A stretch of DNA of 64,000 nucleotides, from NCBI RefSeq assembly GCF_008831285.2, contig NC_045138.2, positions 35,278,001 through 35,342,000 of the forward strand. The letters are read 5' to 3'. This document shows, one piece after another, positions 54,195-64,000 of the stretch. The notes beneath the pieces were generated by a model. The model searched no databases, had not been told where the DNA came from, and was given only the letters and a program-made list of their open reading frames with translations. This DNA comes from Nymphaea colorata. Its lineage: Eukaryota. Each line of letters starts with the position of its first letter. Position 1 is the stretch's first letter. The position numbers and the translations under genes are program-made.

Positions 54195-54564
54195 TGGTGG
54201 GGGGATAAACATGATCAGGAAACAGGAAGACAGCCCCGCAAATTCAACATGATAATTGAATGAACAGCATCAACATGAGAAAACCACCGAAACATTTTGT
54301 AGAAATTAGAAAACCGGTTACAGATGTAGCAAATGCGATCGAAACCAAGAAAGTCCTGGTTCCTCCACTTCCACTCTTGCAAAGGGTTGTGGAGTATAGA
54401 GAGCGAGAGAGAGAGAGAGAGAGAGAGGTACCAGTGTTGGTGGGCACCGATCTCCAGTTTCCAGGGCCATGTTCTTGTATGTATGAAACCAGTATGACAT
54501 CTTCTTCAGGCGTCCATGGTCCCTTCTTGATCCCAACCTTATCGCAGCAGGGCGGTCTTCCCAT
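52957..54564 (-). CDS. MYB60: R2R3-MYB transcription factor, subgroup 1, MYB60-like; exons 54564-54432, 53867-53738, 53575-52957
   Basis: [115 protein letters not shown]. Canonical 133/130-nt exons; subgroup-1 motif [16 protein letters not shown]-terminal [13 protein letters not shown]. Confidence 0.93.
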
Positions 54565-55106
54565 CTCTCTTTCTTGCTCGCTCGCTCTCTGCGGACTCTT
54601 TGGTTGTAACTACAGCAATGATCGAGTTCTCTGTTTATAAACAAAGAGGCTTGACAAAGAGAACCCCTTTTTTTCACCATAAAACTACCACGCTGACCTT
54701 CTTTGCTTTTTAGTCAGCTTTTTTGTTAAAAGGGAAATTATAAATAGGGAGTGAGGTATGGGGACAAAAAAAATTTCACCAGCATGTCATCACATGAATC
54801 ACCTCATCTCCTATCAAAAAAAGATGTCCCAAATTCAATCAGAAATAATAGCAGTTAACTTCACTCGGGCATCGAGAAAAAAAAAGACAAAAATCTGTTC
54901 CTACCATAAGTTTCGGTCAATAACTCTTCCTAGACAAGCATAAGATACACACACACACACACGGCGGGCAGAGGTAGCCCTCAGCTTGCTAGCTAGGTCT
55001 TTATACGTATTTTAGTTCCTTGTTTGTCATAATTGCACCACCTTGGTTAGTTGGCTTCCAGTGTGGATCCTGTAGACCAGATTTATGGGGGGGAAGGGGG
55101 GGGGGG

Positions 55107-55112
<6 letters not shown>

Positions 55113-55148
<36 letters not shown>
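55113..55148. repeat. (GA)n microsatellite preceded by G-runs, upstream of MYB60
   Basis: Directly visible. Confidence 0.9.
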
Positions 55149-55152
<4 letters not shown>

Positions 55153-55777
55153 AGGGGAGCTCTATTTCAGGGAAAATAAAAAGAAAAGGGCAGAAGACGC
55201 CTGGGAAATGGACATGGGGAGAAACACGTACAGCAGAAGCAAGCAAGCATGGGAGATGTCTTCGCATTAACATTTATCGATGCGATGGGACGCGATTAGG
55301 GGAAGAAAAGCTAGAAGCAAAAGCAAAGAAATTTGGCAAGCTTCTTTTGGAAAAGGAAAACAGGTTTCCTAGTAGTTACCCAGAAATCAGAAAATCATGA
55401 AGGTGTGGCCCGCACGCAGTCAGTGCCCGTCGAATTAAACTGGGCATTTTTCCTCTTCAATCGGCTTGAAAATTCACATCAACTGAATTAAATAGGAACT
55501 AGGACATTTCAATACGAGTCACTGTCAAACGCATGTACGACGCCTAAATGTCTCCCTTAACAAAAAAAATATATCTATATGGAATGATGAAACAGTGAGC
55601 AGAATGGATTTCCCTGATCGGAAGAACCATTAGGCTCTCGCTTGACCGGCGTACACGAACTTGGAACAAATCAGACCAGACCCATTGGACCTAAGGTCGG
55701 CATTGTTATTCAGTTACTTCCCAGGATGTTCAACACAATATCATACTTCACTGTTCCACTAGGTCTTTTCTACGCTT

Positions 55778-55837
55778 TCGTCTACCCAACAGAACCGACG
55801 ACGAAAATCGTCTACCCAACAGAACCGACGACGAAAA
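55778..55837. repeat. Exact 30-bp tandem duplication
   Basis: TCGTCTACCCAACAGAACCGACGACGAAAA x2. Confidence 0.95.
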
Positions 55838-58800
55838 ACTTGTAGCCCATTATCACACCGACAGATTTTATATATATATATATATATATATATAAACGCA
55901 CGCGCATGCACATGCACATGCACACACACACATTGTATCAAGCATCGATATAATTCCTTTACTACTACGATTGTAATGGCGTTGGGTTATTGATTAGTGG
56001 GAGAGTCGATATTGCCTGGTCCGCCTGACTTACATTCTATCCTAAGATCTGATCAAAACTTTTCAAGCCAGTGCAAAGATCAAAGGTTGCAGCTGTTTTG
56101 ACGGATCTCCCTGACGCGGCGTCGGCATGTCGCTACCAGATGAGATGAGCGGTGCAGGCAGAGGTAGAAACCGAGTCCGTGCTGTAGAAACCGCCTGAAA
56201 AGGAGGTCAACGACCGAGATGTGATATGGTCAAGTCGGGTGTGGTTTTCAAGGGACGGTGAATTTATGTCCAAAAGTTCCTTGCCGATGGATGTACGCGT
56301 ATATGCGCGTCGCAGCGCGCCACTGTGACTCGCATGGCGACTCCTCGCTTGGGTGGGCTCAAGGCCGATGGGCAATCTGCATGTATACAACAACCTAAAG
56401 CTGTTCAAGCAAAGATTAATTAATGCTATGTGTTTAGTGTTGGTTTTAAGCTTTAGTTACGTGATTTAGGGTACTGCCATTTATTTCTGGTGCTCAACAG
56501 CCGCTGCCACCACCACCTTTGTAAGGATTCATGGCTAAGAAAATTTTCGGTCCCACATTCCTTAATATCAGAGATGCCTTTTGGGAACAAAATTAGTATA
56601 ATTGTGGATTTAGTGTTACTGATCATGCCAACGTTGCTAGAACCATTGTAGCTGCAGCCCTTCCATGAAGGGGCCTATGCCTCAAAACCCACAAGTTTCG
56701 GGTACAATCAGTTGCTATATGGACGATTCGGTTTTAGTCCGCTGGTGGAAGGAGGAAGACAGAAACAATTAAGTTTCCAGTAAGACAATAATAATAAGTA
56801 ACCTCCTCTGGACCCGGTCCCATATCGGGTTAGACATTTTTGACTAAGGGCAGTAATTTGAAAGATCTTAGACTTTTCAAATTCATGATAGTGAATGATT
56901 GAGAGGTAATAAGCAAATCAATGGGAGGATCAATACATAAATAATTGAATGGCTGGAAAGAACTAATATGTGAATTTGCGCACACAATGACTCCACCACT
57001 GCTGGGTCCGATGAGCAGCAAGAAAAGTGTTAATTTATTGAGTGACAAACTCAGTCTGTAATGACGTTTCAATAACGTTACAATATTTAATCAGAAAAAT
57101 TGGTGACGGTCCATGCAACGTGTACCAATTCGAGCCTCTTTCATTTCTCTGATCCTGAAACGGTCGTCGCAGCTCCACATACACTGGGATGCGTTAGAGC
57201 AGAGACTAGGGCCAGCATTGGACCGAATTATGATTACAGAGGAAGCTAAGCGATGAAGGACCTGTTTTAGCTACGCTATTCTCGGATAGCATCTCTTGGG
57301 TATCTACCCAATCAGAGGTGGTAGCAGTTTTTTATTTTTGATGGCCTTCGTCTCCAAGAAGAAATCTCCTCCACCCCATAGAACTGACCTCCTTAATCCC
57401 CATAATCTTCAAGATGAGAGAAACTGCTCGGGTGTTCTTAATTTCTCCCCTCTCAGATAGAGGGTTGCGTTCGTACCTGTCCTCAAGTACACCATGGGCT
57501 TAGCTTTTGCTAATAAGAGGATAATGAAGTTTGAGTGTCGCTTTCATTGGCAAGGCATCCGTTCCCAGAGCTAGCTTCATTTGATGAAAGTTCTGGCCCC
57601 GCTTTAGGATCAGGTTAAAAGGCAACCAGGCCCACTTCCTTTTGCTCACCACCCAGGTACCCCAGGCACTCCCAAACTCGAAAAGGCTCAAAACTTTGGG
57701 GAATTTGCAATTTACGAAGAGACAGCTTCTTGACAAAGAAAAGGAAATTGGTTTTGCAGCGCTGCAAATAAATTCACAAATGAATTTTCATGCAACCGTA
57801 ATGCAAGAGGGATGTTCCTAGTAGATTCCACAGCTAGCTACCTCTTGGCTGAGCCATCTCTAGGTTCTTGCTCATCATCATGAGCAAACAGCACTGGGAA
57901 GCCAAGACACGTCTTGCAATCCAAATTGATCTACACCATTTTGCATGTCTGCAGTAGGCGGCGAATGATTTTTCTTCCTTTTGTCACTTTAGTCTGCAGC
58001 TTGGCAGAAGCCATTTCTTGCGTAGCTAATTTAACACGTCCTGAAAATAGGATGATGGGTGTCAAGTTAACCTGTGAATCAAGTCCCCACCTTCGCCATT
58101 TTGTTGTTTAAGCTTTCTTGTAACGTTGTCTCCTTAAGCATTGTTGGTCATGCCTCTCCTTCAATTTCAAAAAGGCTTTCCTTTAATTTCAACAAATTTG
58201 CACACGCGCAACCAGCACGATTGATCCTGTGTCTTTCTGGTAAATTTCGAACCTAACCTAATGTTGTGGAATTTCGAATTTGTATCTCAAGCTACCTTAT
58301 CTTTGCTTCCACATGTTATTATTTCCGTGTTCATAAGTTGAAGCATCATCAATCTTTCGATTTTCAGAAAAGAACTCGTCTGCACAAGCCACAAGGCCTT
58401 GGCACTTCAAGAAAATGTGTAATGATGCAAAAGATAATTCTGTGTCTATATCGAAATAAATATCAGCCTAAATTCTCGGTTTCCTTTCCGAAACTAGTGT
58501 GATGTTCTCATTGTCTAAACATTTCACAGAAGAATTCATGACATTTCACAACACAACCGACACTGGCCTCCATTGTTGCATCAGTCGGAGTCTATCGCAA
58601 AGTAATTACACTTGAGCTGACGTACCTGGTATGGACCGATGAATTGTAGATTAGCGCAAAAATGAAGCCATTGCTATCTGTACTACTCTCACATGGATAC
58701 TCTCGAATCACCAGACATTCCATTTTTATAAAGCTTCCCACTGAAAGCAATATGTAAAGGGACATGATATGGACATAGATTGAAATGCATGTGTGAGGCA

Positions 58801-59315
58801 GCAGTGTTGTCGTTGCCGACTCCTTCTTAACAGTATTAAAGATCACATGCATACTGAATCCACATCTAAATCTAAATGCATCAAGCGGACATTTAAAAAA
58901 GGCATGCGCCACAGGTATTAAAATTTAAACTTCTTGCTAGTTAAATATCTTCAGTCCAACCGATCCCACCCATTAACCTGGCACAAGGACCTTTTTCTAT
59001 AAGAAAAACACAAAAGCATGAGTCATGGAAGAGGCACTAGAATGGCGTTGATACTTTTGCTAGGGTGATGAGCCTGATGGCTTAACTAATGTCTAGCTTC
59101 AAGGAATTTGGCAAGCCACAGGTAGGAGATGGCAGTACTAGTTGCCGCTAGGCAAATCACAAAGTCTCTATACTGAGTGCTAAGCAACACTTTAGCACCA
59201 TGTCGTCTCCATGCCCATAATGGCCAATAAAGGCCCAAAAGGAAAAAGAAAAAAGATGTATTTTCTGTTCTGCGTTTGAATTCGATTTAGAAGTCCTAAA
59301 TACCCTTTAAGATAG

Positions 59316-59662
59316 GTGGAGGCCCTGGGGTCATGTCTGAAGGCCGTGACTCATTTCAGCTTGGTGGCGCATTTGGAAGGAGCGCAACAATAGAGTCTTC
59401 AGGGACACCTTCTCTTCGCCAGATTCTGTGGCTCGTCTTGTGCAAGGGGATGTCCAGTTTGTCATTCGGTTGAAGCGCTGTTGTCCGTCTGCAGTTGGGT
59501 GACTGTGCCGCTCCGTCTTTCCTTTCTCTTTTATTTTTCTGTGCATTGTATTGTATATTTTTTCTTTCTGCTTTTGTTTTTGCGGTTTATTTTTTGCAGA
59601 TTGTTTTTGTACTTAGGGGACTTCTTGTCCCCAGATTTTGTTATATATTCCCATTTTATCGA
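59316..59662 (+). mobile_element. 5'-truncated LINE (L1-type) retrotransposon fragment
   Basis: Frame from 59359 reads AWWRIWKERNNRVFRD, the WxIWKERNxR(I/V)F motif at the end of plant L1 ORF2, with a stop at 59500-59502 and a T-rich 3' tail. Flanked by direct repeats with identical core CTTTAAGATAG (59305-59315, 59673-59683). Confidence 0.8.
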
Positions 59663-62572
59663 CCTAACTATTCTTTAAGATAGAGAAAATAGGCAGATGA
59701 TCAGATTTTACACGGCGCTCATTCCGATTCTGACAACCTTGATAAGGGAGGAGGTCATTTCTTGTTTACTTTTTTAATAAGAGTGGAGCGACACTTCAAT
59801 TCTGTGGTCCATGAATTAAGCGCACTCCCACTTGCAAGGTCGCAAAATGGCTTGAGAAATTTTGCTATTTGTGGTTGTATCTAATCCAACCCGTTTGCCT
59901 CATAACTCCATTTCGTTCAGGAAATTACTCTCACACAATTAAATGAAGATGGTGCATGACATTCCAAAGTGAACGACACTTATATTTTTCCTATCAATTC
60001 GTTTACGCCATTGTTCTTTAAAGGAAACTGAAAATGCATATAGATTGAATGCCCCTCGTTCCTTAAGAAGTGAGCTGCCTGCGACCAAATTGCTAAACCC
60101 TTGGTAGCATAAAGTGCAGATGGTGACCTGGAGCAATGTTAGCAAGGATCTTGTGCCAGCAGTTTAACGAAGAAAGTTCCTTTAAGAATGAACGAACCCT
60201 GGGTAGGTCCCGTACGCCTTTATAGAATAACAGGCTGCAGAATTGTGAGGTGGGGACTAGAAATCAAATTTGGCACCACTTACAGCCTCCACCTTTTCAC
60301 TAAATAATTTTACTTTTCTGTCTCTGATTTCGAATTTACTTATAATTAATGGTGCCAGATTTTGTGTGGAGCTGCTCAGGAATTAGTCGTCGAAGCCCAC
60401 ACAGATCTATTTCTCAAACGGCGAGCGTTTTTGTCGTCCGGTTCTTCAAGGGGAAAAGGGAAAGAGACCAACTCAGCATACATTCTCAAGGTGGGAAGCA
60501 AATTCTTAATCCCAAAACAGCAAATGCTCATAGCGGTAATGGAGGAAACGGAAGGAGGCGACGTCTTAAAGTATCGCTCACCTCCAATCCAAAATGACCG
60601 ATTCAAGGAGCAAATGTGGAAATCCGCGGCGTGGGGTCCTCCTCCCTAGTTTCCTCCATCCTTTGTGGAGAGGAAAGCGCTAATCGCTTTCCGGGGACGG
60701 AACAGGAGGCCCGTGCCGTGGGAGCCGGATGTTGGTGAGAGAGGTGAGGGGACCGAGGACCACAGCCGCACCTCCGTAGCTCTCAGGCGCCCAAGACGTG
60801 GACAAGTGTGCCTATCTGACTGGCATTCTTCAATACGACCCCACCAGCTCCTGCCTGCAATAACTCTTCCCTCTTCCCTCCCCCGCCGGCTGGGCCCTTC
60901 CCGTCACCTTCATGGTTTATAGGGTGGCCGACTTTCGGTGACGCCACTGGATACATATCCTCCACGTCGCATAGGCTAAAGAGACGTTCAAAGCAAAACC
61001 TTAACCAGTGTAACTAGTACCACGTCGCTCCGGAGTCAAACATCGAAGACGCTGTTAACTGTCAAGTCACAGACGCAGGTGGGCATTCCCCCAAGCGCTC
61101 AGACGAGTTTTCAGGCCGACTGCCGGAGCAGGCCACTGGCTGGCAGGAGCAGCTCTTGTGTTTCCCCAGGCCAAAATCACCCCCCTTTTAGACTATCGAC
61201 GGGGCACCTACTCCCTCCTCCTCTTCCTTAAACAAGAGATGGGCATGGTGACTCACGCAATTTAATCTTTTCACACACACACATGCACACAGATAGAGAG
61301 AGAAAGAGAGTTCCATTGCCCGGGCGGTTGCTCGGAAGCATGCACTCCGAGGGCTATTCTTCTCCTTTTTCTCTCCTTTTCTTTTTCGGCTAAAACGTGA
61401 GCTCCACACGCCCCCACATGAAAGAAACAGTTGGTCGACTTGGCATTCAGGTTCTTCCGTACTTGAACTTTTATCCCTCGCCCTTCGCGCTCTCTTTCCC
61501 TTTCCCCCAGTACAGATCGGCCTTCACGAATGAATGGCCCATCTGGTGGAAAATGGGGGGGATTGATTTTTGACAAAACACTTTTTTAGAGTTTTAGTCG
61601 GAAACAAGCAAGTCCCTGGGCCACTCGCCAGGGATTAGGGATGTACCGAGTGAAAGAGAACACAGCGGACCACCTGCCAAGCCCCGCGTGCAGGACATGA
61701 CGAGGGAGGCAAAATAAGAACCCTTTGCGAGCAGCTACGCCGGCATTTCCAGGATATGAGGGATGATCGTTGCCTTCCACAATTCCGGAACACGCCTACC
61801 CCGTCGCCGATATCGGGCACACCCGTGTTTCCAACCGTGTCTTCCGTTCTCTGTTATCTTTTTCTCCAAAAAATATCAGGTTTCTGATCACCCAAACATC
61901 TGAAAATCTGCTTTTTGGCAAATGAGATTTGCCCGAGACCAGCTGTGTGTTCGCTCCTAGCGTGAACAGATAATTAAGGCCGCCACCAACTTGGAGGTTT
62001 CCATTTCATAAGATGGACCTATGCCAATCAATACTATTTCTTGCGCCCATAGCCTTTTTTTTCTTGTTTCTTTTGTATACTGTGATAGGCATCTCTTCTA
62101 CCGACAATATAAAACTATCTACCACCTTAATCAAATCAAATTAAAGCTACCACAAAATGCAGTAGCCAAAACCACGACCATTTAATCCAGAAACAGCTTC
62201 TTCCACCGCTTTGTGCTAACCCAAAATCATCTCAAATCTTGAGTTCAGTTAGGACCTATCACTGGCGCATGTTTAAAAATGAAAAAGCATAACACGGGAT
62301 AAGTGCCGCTACTGATCGTTTCCTACTTCTACCAGATTCGTCTGACACAGACTAACACGAGATGATCAGGGTTGCCTCATGAAAGCACAATCGTGGCAAT
62401 TCTATTTTCCAGGATCATTCTCGCTTTCCTGACAGGCATGTTCAATCTAGACATACCTAGTTCATTGCACTAGCCCAATAGTTGAACAGAAACCCTTAGA
62501 TGAAACTAGAAAATTGCAGATTGGAGAACTCTTGGATGTGATAAAGAGAAAAAAAAACCACAGGGGATAATA

Positions 62573-63367
62573 TCACCTGGGGATTCTTGTGATTATGTAT
62601 CGTCCTTTCTCCAAGTCGTATACAGTCTTCACTTGTGGCTTCTGCCATTTTGATATGAAAAATGCAAAAATAACTGCCAGAAAGAATATTACAAAAAATG
62701 TGAAGAACGTAAAAGAATCCTTGCCCATAGCCCAAATTGGGATTTCAGGACCAGGTTCAGCTTCCATGGCTATTTGCTGGATAAATGCCCCAAGCGTCCA
62801 GTCAAGAGGTACATTTCCTGCCTGATTTGCAAATCCAATCCTGTGTTCAAGCATGAAAGAAGTTAGCGCTTCCAAAGCCCAAACAGATCGCAAGACAAAA
62901 TAAAAATTAAATATTCCAGCTTTTCCTTAAGCAAAGGGTCTCACAGAACTGTTTAAAGAAAAGTAAATGTCCACCTCTTGACATCCATGGGAATTCCAAG
63001 GCCATTGTGTAGCAAGGCAACAACATATGCAGATGAGAAACAAAACTGCAACAGATCTTCTTCGTCCATACCAGAATGTTCATTTTTCAATTTATTCCAA
63101 TCTTCTTCGCAATAATGATGTCCAGCAGACACCAACTCTGAAAGTGATGCCCTCGGGACAAGCCCAAAAAACTATTAAAATTGCAGATGGCAATAACAAA
63201 GAGTGAGAATCAAGCACCAATTAGACAACCGGGATGAACTCTTCTATATAACCAAACAAGAGAAAGAACCTTAGAAGTGTAGAAGAAGTCCTGTGCAGAA
63301 AAATATTTGCCTTGAAACTCTGGAATGACAATGGAACCTGTTCTGCAAGGTGGCTTCATGCACTTAC
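62573..63367 (-). CDS. GDA1/CD39-family apyrase (APY6-like), last three exons 63367-63270, 63171-62975, 62840-62573; gene continues beyond the window
   Basis: KCMKPPCRTG...DFFYTSK|FFGLVPRASLSELVSAGHHYCEEDW...LLQFCFSSAYVVALLHNGLGI...|IGFANQAGNVPLDWTLGAFI (ACR5 motif), then a C-terminal TM helix and KTVYDLEKGRYI tail. Junctions are GT-AG and phase-consistent. Confidence 0.9.
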
Positions 63368-64000
63368 CTGAGTGACATGCAGGAGACGGTCACCAATTTT
63401 AGAGCATGCTTAGCAAGCAAAACCTAACTTTTCTATGTACGGGAAGCAGGCATATGTACATCCGAGAAGCAGAAAACATTGAAGCTTCAAGAAACTCTGG
63501 CGGTGTTTTATGTTTTTTAATCACATAATCAAAACATATAATCACCTACCAAGTCAAGGTTTATCTGGTACAAGAGTTTTGTAGCATTTATCATTTTCCA
63601 AATCCCTAGAGATCTCTGAAATTTTTTTGCCATGACTGCCACAATTCTTGTGACTTTATGCAATTTCCTTAAGTATCAATCATCAGTGAAGAACCATTTT
63701 ATTGCTTTTTTTTATCTTTTCTTCAGTAATTGGCATCAGCCAATTCTTGATTAACAGCTTCGCGACCAATAATTGGAGAACAGAAATTTGAAGTCTTAGT
63801 GCCACTTTTAGAAACTAGACAGCCTTAACAACACAGACTACATAATAATTTAAACCTAAGTTACATGGGTACTTCAGTAAGGTCCACATACCCGTGTCGC
63901 CGTACCCGTACCCAAAATGGGTACTTTGACATTTGGGTACTTATAGATCCAAACTGATTAATTTTACTTCGATTTAATTTTTTCCACCTTACTTTTTATT

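Noticed and set aside
55151..55164. GAAGGGGAGCTCTA resembling the miR159/319 3' end
   Set aside because: The 5' half does not match and there is no hairpin; it sits next to a GA repeat.
55778..55837. 30-bp direct repeat as a CRISPR-like array
   Set aside because: Two abutting copies with no spacer, in eukaryotic context; a simple tandem duplication.
57400..57740. Minus-strand ORF faintly resembling a LINE RNase H (LALGTDAL)
   Set aside because: Too weak to support without a profile search.

Overview
Flowering-plant nuclear DNA with spliceosomal introns and many GA/TA microsatellites; there are no prokaryotic features. Genes supported by the sequence: a tau-class GST (+) carrying a single-base frameshift as assembled, a GT47/exostosin glycosyltransferase (-), a 4-exon GASA/snakin peptide (+), a mini zinc finger MIF (+), a 9-exon NADH-cytochrome b5 reductase (+), CDC45 with an intronless CDS and E2F sites upstream (+), an R2R3 MYB60-like factor (-), and the last three exons of a GDA1/CD39 apyrase (-). 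Mobile and dead DNA: a decayed hAT transposon with its 3' terminus, a hAT-type MITE with an 8-bp TSD, a 5'-truncated LINE with a TSD, and a degenerate PPR pseudogene. I found no convincing new biological system. The best leads are the GST frameshift, a duplicated splice acceptor in the b5 reductase, an in-frame stop-free intron in MYB60, a miR399-like 21-mer downstream of the apyrase, and a long palindromic compound microsatellite upstream of MIF. All family calls come from motif recognition, not database searches.
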